64,000 bases of DNA from a virus. The notes below the pieces were generated by a model. The model made no database searches, was not told where the DNA came from, and saw only the letters and a program-made list of their open reading frames with translations. The stretch is from positions 5,189 through 69,188 of the IMG/VR virus record IMGVR_UViG_3300033146_000407. One strand, 5' to 3'. The position numbers were made by a program, and so were the translations under genes. Below are positions 8,517 to 18,270 of this stretch, in pieces. Numbering within the stretch: the stretch's first letter is position 1; the number at the start of each line of letters is the position of its first letter.

Positions 8517-9737
8517 TTAAATAATTATTTCCATAATTGTTTTCTTATTTTTAATCTTACCAACAGACTTAGTATTATAAGCCTCTAAATCTTTATCAAT
8601 ATCATAAGTATATGGATAATCATCAACATTCTGTAAGTCTAACTTCATTGCATCCATAGTACCATCACTATTAATAAAATAAAAGTTTTGTGATGCATGA
8701 CTATGAAGATTAAGTCCTACATCAGAATATGCGTTATTACCAACTAAAGATCCGCTACGGAGCAATGTATCAGTAATATTAACTTCATGTAGATGACCAC
8801 ACATAATATAATGAACTAGAATACCCCGTTTTGCCCACTTACTAATAGACTTACTTAAATCAGTACCAGACATCTTACCTAACCGATGCCCATGTACAAT
8901 CAAAATAGTAACACCATGAACATCTAACAAATATTCAAAAGTATTGCCAGATACAAATTCAATAGCATTACCAGCATCCTCTAAATACAATTGAAGCATC
9001 TCATAAATAACAAAATCAAAATTATCAGTAGCCATTGAATCTAATTGAGTGTACTCTTCACGAATACGACTTTCATTACCAGTAACTGAAATAACCTTAA
9101 CATTAGCAATCGTAGCAATCTCAGCAATAAACTGGGCTAATAGTTTAACTGCTAAAAATGAAGCCATTGCTCTATTGGTCGCCATTGATAGTAACTCATC
9201 TAATCGTCTATCAGAATTAAGAAGATCTCCAGTGAGTACAATATACATAGTTTCAATATTTCTATTATTAGTATTAGTGATAACCTTATTAGCCATCATC
9301 TTTAATCGTTTTGCGGCAACATTAAAATCATACTTATTGCCAATAACATCAACTAACTCATTCAAGTGTAGGTCAGATAAATGAACAACACCAATAGTAC
9401 CATCAACGTAATTAGTTTTATGAGATAAATCGAGATTGCTTAAATCAATCTTCTTCGCTTTAACAACCTCACGCAACTCAGTAACATACTCAATCACCGC
9501 ATTATCACCCCGTGCATGTTCCCGGAACGATTTATTAGCGATTCTATTCTTATCTCTATACTTCTGAGTAGTTTTAGCCATCTTAACATTTTCAGTTAAG
9601 ATATCACTAAAATCATCAGTGTCTATAGGCTGACGTTCAGTCCCACATGTATTACACCGATAGCGTTGTTTATTACGTCTCCATCCAGCAGTTCGTATAT
9701 CGTGACTGCGACAATCAGGATTTGCACATATTAACAT
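8517..9737 (-). CDS. Calcineurin-like metallophosphoesterase with N-terminal Zn ribbon
   Basis: SDLH, GDLL, GNES, HGH, GHLH; N-terminal CANPDC...YRCNTC. Confidence 0.8.
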   Translation of the reverse strand: MLICANPDCRSHDIRTAGWRRNKQRYRCNTCGTERQPIDTDDFSDILTENVKMAKTTQKYRDKNRIANKSFREHARGDNAVIEYVTELREVVKAKKIDLSNLDLSHKTNYVDGTIGVVHLSDLHLNELVDVIGNKYDFNVAAKRLKMMANKVITNTNNRNIETMYIVLTGDLLNSDRRLDELLSMATNRAMASFLAVKLLAQFIAEIATIANVKVISVTGNESRIREEYTQLDSMATDNFDFVIYEMLQLYLEDAGNAIEFVSGNTFEYLLDVHGVTILIVHGHRLGKMSGTDLSKSISKWAKRGILVHYIMCGHLHEVNITDTLLRSGSLVGNNAYSDVGLNLHSHASQNFYFINSDGTMDAMKLDLQNVDDYPYTYDIDKDLEAYNTKSVGKIKNKKTIMEIII

Positions 9738-9787
9738 ACGTATCCCCCATTCAAACTAACCATAAACTCTCCTGTTATGTGTTATTA

Positions 9788-11710
9788 TCAACTATTCAAT
9801 TCTGTATATCTAGGCACATCAATAGACATTTTAAAACTATCCATTGGTGTAAAAATCTTCAAATTCTTACGTGCTCTAGTGATAGCAGTATATATCAATC
9901 GTTTAGACTCGTATATGTTATTACTATGTATATAAATTACATAATCAGCTTCACTACCCTGAGATTTAAATACAGTTAGAGCAAATGCGAGTTTAACACT
10001 TTCGTATGTATTAGATAGAAAAAACACAGTATCATCATCAAGACTACGCACCTGAGCAAACCCACGACCAACACTGATAACTTCAGCGACAGTTCCATTA
10101 TTAACTCTAACGGTTCCCTCATTCTTATCATCTTCGATTCGGTCATTCATTGTGAACACTATCTTAGAACCAACCCAAAACACAGGAATACTTTCCCATT
10201 TAATCTCTTCTTCATCCTCAGTAGCATCATCGAATAAAACTTCATACCAGTCAATAGTTTTGTTTTGAAGGCGTTTATAGCATAGGTAATTGATGTAGTC
10301 TATGTATTTATTAGTATGAGCCAACATAATACATTTATTATCCTTATACCATCCAATATCATTCTTAAATAATCTATCAACTAGTGATTCTAAAAAGACC
10401 TCTTTATTATGATGATCATACCCACCAAAAAATTTCTTATGATCTGCTGGAGATATTTGAGGTTTATTAAGAACTGCCCCATATAATGATAATAAATCTT
10501 CATCCGTAGTTCTGAAAATTTCAGTCAACTCATGAACTGGAAATAAATTACCAACAATAATATCTTCGAAAATCTGACCACCACCGATTGGAGGTAACTG
10601 ATTTTTATCACCAACTAATAAATATTTAACTCGTCTTGGGTCACTAATTATAGAATCAACAGCACGAACCAAATCATTAAACAAATCACTAGACATTGTT
10701 GAGGCTTCATCAATAATGATAATATCAGCATCAACTAATCCATTCAAACTCTGAACCTTTAATGTTGAAATCATACTATGTATTGTTTTTGGGGGCATAA
10801 TCAATTTTTCAATATCAATATCAGACTGCTCCATACGAGAAGCGGCTTTACCTGTAAACGAACAACATAAAATATTTTTACCCTGCATATGAGCATTATC
10901 CACAATCTCAGACACCACAAAAGATTTACCACTACCAGCAGGACCAGTAATGCATTCAATCTTTGAATTAGACGTTATAACATTAACAACCGCAGACCGT
11001 TGAATATCACTTACAGGTTTTGTTATAATTACATGATCAGGATTAGACATTATAGGTGGTATTGTTTTATTTCTACAATCTAGAATAAACTTCTCACCAT
11101 AAAAAGCACCCTTACTCATATAATACCCATCATCATCAATAGCAACAATATCACCTTTCTTTTCCACATATTTAATGAGATTATCGAATGGAGTGGTGAA
11201 TTGTTCTATTTTTGAATGCATTCGCATATCTGCAATATAAACCGCAGATGATCCAGAAAATGATGGTTTCCGTAAAAAGAAACCATTAGCATTATACATA
11301 GTAGTAAAGAATGGTTTTTCTTCATTACGTAAACTACGATACCCAGAATCGCAAAACTTAGTAAGTAAATAAGACTCAACAACAATAGGAGGGAGTTCTG
11401 TGTTAGTAACAGCTTTATATAATAAGTGTAATACAGGCATATTCACATAGGGAACCGCTAAATACGACACTATATCATCCATATCAATACCCCAAATATC
11501 TTTAGATGAGTATTTAATGAAATGATGAATACGAGAAAATATCTTCTCAGTCACACTCCGCCTATAAATATCAGGTAGATCCAACCCTTTAATTGCTGTG
11601 ATATCCATAAGAATACCACCTAAACCTGGAATAATATTTTTGTGGGTATCATTAACTGCATTAGTTAAGCAGTTATTACTACCAATAATCATAAACATCT
11701 CACTTTTCAA
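9788..11710 (-). CDS. RecD/Dda-like SF1B helicase
   Basis: Walker A GPAGSGKS, FTGKAA, TIHS, DEAS, VGDKNQLPPI, LTEIFR, NNG, FALTVFKSQGSE, YTAITRAR. Confidence 0.9.
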   Translation of the reverse strand: MKSEMFMIIGSNNCLTNAVNDTHKNIIPGLGGILMDITAIKGLDLPDIYRRSVTEKIFSRIHHFIKYSSKDIWGIDMDDIVSYLAVPYVNMPVLHLLYKAVTNTELPPIVVESYLLTKFCDSGYRSLRNEEKPFFTTMYNANGFFLRKPSFSGSSAVYIADMRMHSKIEQFTTPFDNLIKYVEKKGDIVAIDDDGYYMSKGAFYGEKFILDCRNKTIPPIMSNPDHVIITKPVSDIQRSAVVNVITSNSKIECITGPAGSGKSFVVSEIVDNAHMQGKNILCCSFTGKAASRMEQSDIDIEKLIMPPKTIHSMISTLKVQSLNGLVDADIIIIDEASTMSSDLFNDLVRAVDSIISDPRRVKYLLVGDKNQLPPIGGGQIFEDIIVGNLFPVHELTEIFRTTDEDLLSLYGAVLNKPQISPADHKKFFGGYDHHNKEVFLESLVDRLFKNDIGWYKDNKCIMLAHTNKYIDYINYLCYKRLQNKTIDWYEVLFDDATEDEEEIKWESIPVFWVGSKIVFTMNDRIEDDKNEGTVRVNNGTVAEVISVGRGFAQVRSLDDDTVFFLSNTYESVKLAFALTVFKSQGSEADYVIYIHSNNIYESKRLIYTAITRARKNLKIFTPMDSFKMSIDVPRYTELNS

Positions 11711-11730
11711 TTTTATAGTAATATAATACT

Positions 11731-11759
11731 AATATACACTAAGACTCTACATCTGTCAA
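11731..11759 (-). promoter_or_regulatory. sigma70-type promoter
   Basis: TTGACA-N17-TATATT upstream of the helicase. Confidence 0.8.
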
Positions 11760-11784
11760 TGTATTATTTTATATAATCAATTTT

Positions 11785-12279
11785 TTATTTGTAATGTTTA
11801 TTATACGCATCGACATATGCATATAATATACGTTTGGTAGTTTTATATATGAATTTGGTCATAGTGTCAGTTTTTCCGGAATTACCAGCAACATTTAATG
11901 TTGATACATTATTATCCTCAAAAAATAACATAACATCAAATATGAATGACCCATATGAATCTTTTATATCAACAAGCATATAAGGTTTATTATACTTCTT
12001 ACAACTATTAACAGTCAGTATAGTACCAGGACTATTGAAATTAGTAGCAAATATCATAGTAGCATCAGAGTTCTTAACATTCCATATTGTACGTGGACGA
12101 TAAGACTCGCTGGAGGGATGTTCAACAAGACCTAATTTAGCAAGCTCAGGTCGTGGTCCTAGCTTAGTTTTCCACCCTAATGGGACCATACCCCCAGTAG
12201 ATAAACCAAGATCCATAGCAACCTTTAAACCAGCAACATCAGCACCAATCTGACCGCCAGAAATTATTTTAGAAATCAT
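11785..12279 (-). CDS. SLOG-superfamily protein (putative molybdenum carrier / circularly permuted YpsA type)
   Basis: KIISGGQIGAD, GGMVPLG, YRPRTIWNVKNSDAT, LNVAGN; start likely at the TAATG overlap at 12279. Confidence 0.85.
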   Translation of the reverse strand: MISKIISGGQIGADVAGLKVAMDLGLSTGGMVPLGWKTKLGPRPELAKLGLVEHPSSESYRPRTIWNVKNSDATMIFATNFNSPGTILTVNSCKKYNKPYMLVDIKDSYGSFIFDVMLFFEDNNVSTLNVAGNSGKTDTMTKFIYKTTKRILYAYVDAYNKHYK

Positions 12280-12761
12280 TATTCGTATAACCCCACAGAA
12301 GTTATAACACACCTAATAAATTCATCAGAACTATTTACGAATGGTATAGAGTATGCGTCTCTATCAACACCCAAATATGGGTTATTTTGATTAGTAATCT
12401 CAGCATCTCCTACTTGTATAATCTCATATACATAGTCACCAGACTCACCATCCCATTCACGTTTCTTAATAAACACTATATAATTATCTAAATTTTCATC
12501 ATCCCATTCCCATTGAACGGAATCCTTTTGTATTTTATCCGCACCTAAACTAACTTTAGTACTAAAATAATCTAATTCAAGTTCATCAAAATCAACATAC
12601 TTCCCAAGATGACCACTAAGAACATCCTTATCATCAATAACACATGAACTATCAATCTTAATAGGGGAATCTGTAATGTCTAAACTCGCATCTACATCAG
12701 AAGGAGTCATTCTGGGATTAACGGTGCTTTCATACATAGATAAATATTTTAATATAGACAT
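12279..12761 (-). CDS. Hypothetical acidic protein
   Basis: 160-aa ORF packed in the operon. Confidence 0.6.
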   Translation of the reverse strand: MSILKYLSMYESTVNPRMTPSDVDASLDITDSPIKIDSSCVIDDKDVLSGHLGKYVDFDELELDYFSTKVSLGADKIQKDSVQWEWDDENLDNYIVFIKKREWDGESGDYVYEIIQVGDAEITNQNNPYLGVDRDAYSIPFVNSSDEFIRCVITSVGLYE

Positions 12762-12765
12762 GATG

Positions 12766-13023
12766 TTACTCGCCCAACTCTACGTTTTTATAAAAAGAAA
12801 CAGTGCTGATATCTGGAGTTACATACTCAGTAGTTATTTTATATTTAACCAATACCTGATGTTTCATTTTATTAGATTTAACTGGATCAGTCACTCTGAT
12901 AACAACATCTTTATATGGATCATCCTCAGTGACATCTAACGTGTCAATTTTCATAGCCTTTGAAAAAGAAGCCCAATTAATATGGTCGGGGGTTACATCT
13001 ATCATTTGCCAATTACTCATCAA
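12766..13023 (-). CDS. Hypothetical protein
   Basis: 85-aa ORF with SD GGAG, overlapping its upstream neighbour. Confidence 0.55.
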   Translation of the reverse strand: MMSNWQMIDVTPDHINWASFSKAMKIDTLDVTEDDPYKDVVIRVTDPVKSNKMKHQVLVKYKITTEYVTPDISTVSFYKNVELGE

Positions 13024-13381
13024 TATCTCCGTTTAATTTCGTAAACATTTCTCGTTTAAAGTGGTTCCTGTGTTCAGGACAATATTTAGTATATTCATAT
13101 AATCTCGGTAGTAGTGTAATAGTAAATTCATTTTCACAACCATCTAATCCACATACACATGTTTGTTGAGTAGCCTGTTTATGATTATGTTTTATTATGG
13201 TATTAGTCTCACCGTTATTATCGTTTCGTTTATATAGCTCTTTTCGATACTTAGGTTGTCTGTGTTCATCACAATACTTTGCTTTACCCACACCCATAAA
13301 AGATACACCACAACCAGGAAATGCACAAAACTTTTCCTTGATCTTCTGTGGTGGTTTTTTCTTACCTTGATCTTCGCTCAC
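13013..13381 (-). CDS. Tandem Cys/His zinc-finger protein
   Basis: Two repeats C-x4-C...F...KYC-x2-H; GTG start with SD GAGGAG. Confidence 0.65.
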   Translation of the reverse strand: MSEDQGKKKPPQKIKEKFCAFPGCGVSFMGVGKAKYCDEHRQPKYRKELYKRNDNNGETNTIIKHNHKQATQQTCVCGLDGCENEFTITLLPRLYEYTKYCPEHRNHFKREMFTKLNGDIDE

Positions 13382-13400
13382 GAATACTCCTCAATTAAAT

Positions 13401-13607
13401 TTATTTATTTTCTACGTAATCTTGCCAATATGTATCAGCCATATCATCATCGATATCACAGGCATCATCATTAACATCTAATGTATCATCTAAAGTCTCA
13501 TCGTATTCATATAAATCTTCTTCTCTAATACGAACACTATTCCTATTCCCAGAATTCTTATTTCTTTTAATAACAGCACCGTCATAATTACGAATGGTCT
13601 TTCCCAC
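13401..13607 (-). CDS. Small hypothetical protein (basic N-terminus, acidic C-terminus)
   Basis: GTG start with SD GGAG; begins MGKTIR. Confidence 0.55.
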   Translation of the reverse strand: MGKTIRNYDGAVIKRNKNSGNRNSVRIREEDLYEYDETLDDTLDVNDDACDIDDDMADTYWQDYVENK

Positions 13608-13621
13608 TTTTATTCTCCAAC

Positions 13622-13927
13622 CTAAAGTTCTTTATTCCGTTTATATGTATTCATGATAATATCTTTAATTCTTCCCCAGAACGCAAAAATATTATCAGAA
13701 GTTAAAGAAGTGTTTCTATTACCTTTAACAGAAGCTTCCTTTCCTTTATTTATATTTAGTTCAATTCTCTTAATAATTTTAGAAAAATCCACACCAACAT
13801 TTAACATGTTAATTATATCATTGAGTTCACGTTTCATTTTCGATGATGGCATATGTTTATGTATATACACCAACTCACTCATCATATCTATAACATTCTC
13901 TCGTATTTCTCTTTGATTTCTACTCAT
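13622..13927 (-). CDS. Hypothetical protein
   Basis: 101-aa ORF directly behind a sigma70-type promoter. Confidence 0.6.
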   Translation of the reverse strand: MSRNQREIRENVIDMMSELVYIHKHMPSSKMKRELNDIINMLNVGVDFSKIIKRIELNINKGKEASVKGNRNTSLTSDNIFAFWGRIKDIIMNTYKRNKEL

Positions 13928-13945
13928 ATCAACCCCACGCTAATA

Positions 13946-13974
13946 AGTATACTATAAATATAAATAATAGTCAA
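13946..13974 (-). promoter_or_regulatory. sigma70-type promoter
   Basis: TTGACT-N17-TATACT. Confidence 0.7.
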
Positions 13975-13976
13975 CA

Positions 13977-14567
13977 TCAATCAAATAAATTATTATAAAA
14001 TAATGACATCAATCTAAAAGTTTCATTACGATCTTCTTCACTTACGGTATTATCAAAATCAGACAAATCAAAAAAACCAACAGATATTCTTTTAAGTATA
14101 GCCTTCCACAACAATAATCCCTCATCAGAAGAACCATATTGTTCCAGATTATTAGATTTCACCCAATCAGCATCACCGAGCATCACTGGATACCCATAAA
14201 CCTTATCAGATAAATAATCAACACGCAGGTGTATGTAATCACTAATATGACTAGATAAATCCCATATATCTTCAAGATTAAACCCATATCTAATTCTACC
14301 ACCAATATTATTAAGTAGAAAAGATCTAATATTATAATAAATGTGTTTAATATTAAATAATTTCTGACCGAAGAATGATCGTATTTTATACCCTAATGTT
14401 TTTTTCACAAAAAACGAACAAGACCCATCAGACGATTTAACATCTGATGGGTCTTTAAGTTCAAAATATTCCTCATCGTCAATAGATGAAGTTCCTAGAG
14501 CATACGGAACACCACACATAGTGATACCCATATAACGAGTACATTCTTTACATTCAACTCTACTCAT
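13977..14567 (-). CDS. Hypothetical protein with N-terminal Cys cluster
   Basis: CKEC...C...C followed by DIWDL...GYP...WKAIL..I..GF. Confidence 0.6.
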   Translation of the reverse strand: MSRVECKECTRYMGITMCGVPYALGTSSIDDEEYFELKDPSDVKSSDGSCSFFVKKTLGYKIRSFFGQKLFNIKHIYYNIRSFLLNNIGGRIRYGFNLEDIWDLSSHISDYIHLRVDYLSDKVYGYPVMLGDADWVKSNNLEQYGSSDEGLLLWKAILKRISVGFFDLSDFDNTVSEEDRNETFRLMSLFYNNLFD

Positions 14568-14598
14568 ACCATAACCTTACTTTAAATTTATTATGCTT

Positions 14599-14627
14599 AA
14601 TATATATTACGATTAATAATATATCAA
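14599..14627 (-). promoter_or_regulatory. sigma70-type promoter
   Basis: TTGATA-N17-TATATT. Confidence 0.6.
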
Positions 14628-14630
14628 GGG

Positions 14631-14888
14631 TTATTTTATACGAGAGCTGATATCATCAAGAAGACTGTATGGATTAACCCCATCTTTATTTAAATAAAGG
14701 GCTTCTTCTTTATATTTACCAACTTTAATATCACTGTATGCTTTTAATTCATCATCAATGTCCTGCATACTCTCTTTAAGTCTATCGGCAAATGCATCAG
14801 CATCCATCTTAGTCATTGGTCGAGATAAAATACGACCCTTTTCACCAAACACAGTAGCCTTAACTACATACATATCATTTTCAGCCAT
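14631..14888 (-). CDS. Hypothetical protein
   Basis: 85-aa ORF with SD GGAGG. Confidence 0.6.
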   Translation of the reverse strand: MAENDMYVVKATVFGEKGRILSRPMTKMDADAFADRLKESMQDIDDELKAYSDIKVGKYKEEALYLNKDGVNPYSLLDDISSRIK

Positions 14889-14899
14889 AAATCCTCCGT

Positions 14900-16003
14900 T
14901 TATTCTTCTTCATTTGTATCTTCGGTATCATCTACCACTTCAGTTGGCTCTTCTTGAGCCGTTGTATCTTTTTTAGGAGACTGTTTTCTCTTCTTAGTTC
15001 CTGCCTGAGTAATACTACTACCAGCTTTACCACGATATAATCGACCATACTTCTTCTGGAATTCAGTAGACATTGAATTTTCATCATCTTCTGAATAGTC
15101 ACCGAAGAACTTAGTCACAGTATCCTCTATCTCATCATCACTTAATTCGCTATTACCTTTTGTTCCAGTAACATAGTATGCGATAAATGCCCACAAATGT
15201 TTACACAAGAACAATTTACCTTCAGGATTAGTTTTATCAGTCCATGTATTGATCGGAGTTTTTCCATTAGTAGATTTTATATTTTTATTCCGATTAGTTT
15301 TAAACCTTTTTGGGAGATCCCATGTAGCCAATCCAGCAGCGATGAACGGTGCATATAACCGATAATAAAAATCTTTACAAGTACAATATAGTTCTTTAAC
15401 ATAAACTTTATCTTTACTTATATCAGCATATCCCCACTGTCGTCTAAACTCTTTTGAGGGTGAAGATTTAAAATTATACTCGGCTCTAAAATACTTAGTA
15501 CCAGCCAATTCACTAGCACCCGTAATAACAGGAGGTTTGGTTCTAACATCTTTCATTGCTCTATCTACTCTATCCGGAGATAGTTTTCCAGTATTTTTTA
15601 ATAGAACTTCAGCTTTAATACCCTTAGCAGGTGCTTTTGATCTCTCATCTAATCTATTGAATTCTATACGAGCCATATTTAATGCTGGAATATCAAATTT
15701 AATATAGTTACAATCAATACCATTTTCAATGATAACAGAATCATATCCATGTTCAACCGCATATCCAACACATTGAGTTTCAAAATAACCGTCACCAACA
15801 TCATAATTCAATGAATTGATAACTAATGGTTTATTAAGATGTATTGTCGCTTCAATCATAGTATCTGATAATTTATAATCAGACCAAAATGATATAGTAT
15901 TATAATCTGAATTAACTCCATACACAGACACGGATTTAGATATACCACTCTCTGATATATTTATGGAATCTTCTATACTATTATAATGACTCGAAAAACA
16001 CAT
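14900..16003 (-). CDS. SWIM zinc-finger protein, late expressed
   Basis: YCTCKDF...LCKHL (CxC...CxH); late promoter at 16022. Confidence 0.65.
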   Translation of the reverse strand: MCFSSHYNSIEDSINISESGISKSVSVYGVNSDYNTISFWSDYKLSDTMIEATIHLNKPLVINSLNYDVGDGYFETQCVGYAVEHGYDSVIIENGIDCNYIKFDIPALNMARIEFNRLDERSKAPAKGIKAEVLLKNTGKLSPDRVDRAMKDVRTKPPVITGASELAGTKYFRAEYNFKSSPSKEFRRQWGYADISKDKVYVKELYCTCKDFYYRLYAPFIAAGLATWDLPKRFKTNRNKNIKSTNGKTPINTWTDKTNPEGKLFLCKHLWAFIAYYVTGTKGNSELSDDEIEDTVTKFFGDYSEDDENSMSTEFQKKYGRLYRGKAGSSITQAGTKKRKQSPKKDTTAQEEPTEVVDDTEDTNEEE

Positions 16004-16021
16004 ATACCCTCTTTTTATTAT

Positions 16022-16029
16022 TATTTATA
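16022..16029 (-). promoter_or_regulatory. Late promoter TATAAATA
   Basis: Exact motif. Confidence 0.75.
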
Positions 16030-16040
16030 TATTTATGCAC

Positions 16041-16077
16041 ATAAAAGAATAGCACCATTACGATGCTATTCTTTTAT
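16041..16077. terminator. Intrinsic terminator
   Basis: ATAAAAGAATAGCA...TGCTATTCTTTTAT inverted repeat. Confidence 0.8.
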
Positions 16078-16095
16078 TAATAGTTATAGGATATC

Positions 16096-16692
16096 CTATA
16101 AATAACAATTAGCAGTACTAACATATACAGACTCTTGAATTTCTTCTTTGTCTGCTTTAGCTTTCTTAGCTTTCTTAGCTGGTTTTTTCTTAGCTTTAGG
16201 CTCTACTGATTCATCACATTCGCTCTCAGCTTCGTCGTCACCGTACCACTCTTCTTCAAGCTCTTCATCTTCCTCATCTAATTGATCTTTTTTAGATTTA
16301 GATTTAGATTCAGAACAACCATCATCTTCTTCTTCGTCGTCACCGTACCACTCTTCTTCAAGCTCTTCATCTTCTTCGCCTTCAAGCTCTTCGTCGTCAC
16401 CTTCAGGCACTTCTTCACCAGCTTCAGCAATAGCAGCATCAAGAGCCTCTTGAGCATCTTCAAAGTCACCTTCTTTATATTTTTCCATAGCATCAAGAAC
16501 TACATCAATGGCAATAGACTCATCGCCCATTTCATCATCTTCAAGTTCATCCTCAAGACCAAGATCATCTAACTCAACATCACCGTCAAGTTCCTCAACC
16601 TCATCTGTTGCTACTTCATCTTCTTCTTTAATATCTTCAACATCTAAGCTGTCATATAGATATCTTCCTGCTTCACTTAATAAATTACCCAT
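16096..16692 (-). CDS. Very acidic probable prohead core/internal protein
   Basis: E/D-rich; LLSEA, LDEE, IQES candidate gp21-type cleavage sites; Lys-rich patch near the C-terminus. Confidence 0.6.
   Translation of the reverse strand: MGNLLSEAGRYLYDSLDVEDIKEEDEVATDEVEELDGDVELDDLGLEDELEDDEMGDESIAIDVVLDAMEKYKEGDFEDAQEALDAAIAEAGEEVPEGDDEELEGEEDEELEEEWYGDDEEEDDGCSESKSKSKKDQLDEEDEELEEEWYGDDEAESECDESVEPKAKKKPAKKAKKAKADKEEIQESVYVSTANCYL
16230..16374. repeat. 43-bp exact direct repeat (16230-16272 and 16332-16374) inside a CDS
   Basis: CTTCGTCGTCACCGTACCACTCTTCTTCAAGCTCTTCATCTTC twice, encoding EDEELEEEWYGDDE. Confidence 0.9.
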
Positions 16693-17309
16693 TAGTAACC
16701 ACCTTCATTATAATTATAATATTTTAAAAATCCCTCTGTAACATCACCGCCCGATTCCATATTATCGGCATCGGTAGATACTTCTATAACATCAAGATAA
16801 GGGGATAGATCTAATTGAAACATAGTGTATCCACCAAACTTAACTTTTTCCATCTTCTTATCATCATCCATATCAGCAAAAGAATCTACCTGTATATCTG
16901 AATAGTCTACACCATCTTTTAACTCTTTGGGATATACACCAGAAACAATAGCTTCTAATGGAACCTTATTCAAGTTAACAACAGATAAATCATCATCAAA
17001 TAGAGTAATAACATCATTTCCACTGTTAGTGGCTAATGTCAACTCCCCTTCTTTGATATTGTCTATGTCATCTACATCATCCATACCAATAAAAAATTTA
17101 AATAAACCAGGAGGTCCTGAATTTCCAGTATCCTGCATCTCTTCTTGTTCTTTACTAGTAGCACCCATACTTGACATTTTAGCAAACCGATTAGGATTAA
17201 ACTTTTGTTGTTCTTCTGCTGGTAAACTAGAAATTTTAACTCTAGTCATTTTACCACCAGGAGTTTTATGGACAACTCGTCTAGCTCTCCAGTCTTGTTC
17301 AAAAGGCAT
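16692..17309 (-). CDS. Hypothetical late protein
   Basis: 205-aa ORF with SD GGAG and tandem late promoters upstream. Confidence 0.6.
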   Translation of the reverse strand: MPFEQDWRARRVVHKTPGGKMTRVKISSLPAEEQQKFNPNRFAKMSSMGATSKEQEEMQDTGNSGPPGLFKFFIGMDDVDDIDNIKEGELTLATNSGNDVITLFDDDLSVVNLNKVPLEAIVSGVYPKELKDGVDYSDIQVDSFADMDDDKKMEKVKFGGYTMFQLDLSPYLDVIEVSTDADNMESGGDVTEGFLKYYNYNEGGY

Positions 17310-17327
17310 AAAAACGCTCCAATGTCT

Positions 17328-17345
17328 TATTTATATGTATTTATA
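17328..17345 (-). promoter_or_regulatory. Two tandem late promoters TATAAATA
   Basis: Motif at 17338-17345 and 17328-17335. Confidence 0.75.
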
Positions 17346-17352
17346 TAAATTA

Positions 17353-18261
17353 TTAACTTTCTATTAATTTAACTACATTCTCTAAATCTTCCATGTTAAT
17401 TACAAACGAACCTTCATGTTCATTACCAGAAACTACATCGGCTTGTATATAGTAATAATCTAGATCCAAATCAGATGCTAATGAGAAAAAACAATTACGA
17501 TGAGAATCTCCCCGAACTCTAATCTCAACAACAGAACCACCACTAGGCATCCATAACATATTAGTTAATCCAGCACCATGTAAAGATATAACACTAGCCG
17601 CATTTTGCATCATACTAACCTGATCTTCCCATACAAAATCTTCGAAATATACGGTACGATACCCATAAGCAGATAAACAAGATATAATAGAATCTTCATT
17701 GACCATGAAGCGTCTACTAGCTACACGCCGCCCTATGTAAATTTTATCGCTTGGATTATTAGTAGTGCTAGAAAATCTATCCCTGATATTACACATAAAA
17801 CTCTTAATATAATTACCACTATCTATTAAGGTACTAACGCATAACACATTAGTATATATCTCAGTAGAATCAGACGGATCATAATACTTCACTCTGAATG
17901 GATATTTACCAATAGACTCAACAACATATGATAATCCCTTCCACCCTATAGGCATAACTATAACATAGTCTAATATAGCATCAACATATGTTAATAACAA
18001 TTCCAATTTAGGGATGATATCACAAAACCAATGAAAATAATTAACATAACTAGAGTTTGCTGGGGTATTATCCCCCCATATATATATAATCATATCACCT
18101 TTAGTTCTAACTTCTACCGATTCGGTTACGGTAGATATATTATATTTATTATATTTAACTACCTCATTAACCATAAATAATCTATTATATTCGTGAGAAA
18201 ATAATAGATTATCAGAATCAATTATATTTACTGGGGGTGTTCTATTAGCAATAATATCCAA
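17353..18261 (-). CDS. Glycosyltransferase family 61 (DUF563)
   Basis: NYFHWFCDIIP, KIYIGRR..RRFMVNE, EDQVSMMQNA..VISLHGAGLTNMLWM...VVEI. Confidence 0.88.
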   Translation of the reverse strand: MDIIANRTPPVNIIDSDNLLFSHEYNRLFMVNEVVKYNKYNISTVTESVEVRTKGDMIIYIWGDNTPANSSYVNYFHWFCDIIPKLELLLTYVDAILDYVIVMPIGWKGLSYVVESIGKYPFRVKYYDPSDSTEIYTNVLCVSTLIDSGNYIKSFMCNIRDRFSSTTNNPSDKIYIGRRVASRRFMVNEDSIISCLSAYGYRTVYFEDFVWEDQVSMMQNAASVISLHGAGLTNMLWMPSGGSVVEIRVRGDSHRNCFFSLASDLDLDYYYIQADVVSGNEHEGSFVINMEDLENVVKLIES

Positions 18262-18270
18262 AATACAACC

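Noticed and set aside
13953-13960. TATAAATA on the plus strand
   Set aside because: Lies in the spacer of a minus-strand sigma70 promoter and has no plus-strand gene downstream
16230-16374. 43-bp direct repeat as a mini-CRISPR or att site
   Set aside because: Only two copies, in frame within an acidic protein; explained by intragenic duplication
16278-17367. Ser/Phe-rich plus-strand and alternate-frame ORFs (also 24773-25686 and similar short ORFs over structural genes)
   Set aside because: Antisense or frame shadows of D/E/K-rich codons; no evident SD or promoter
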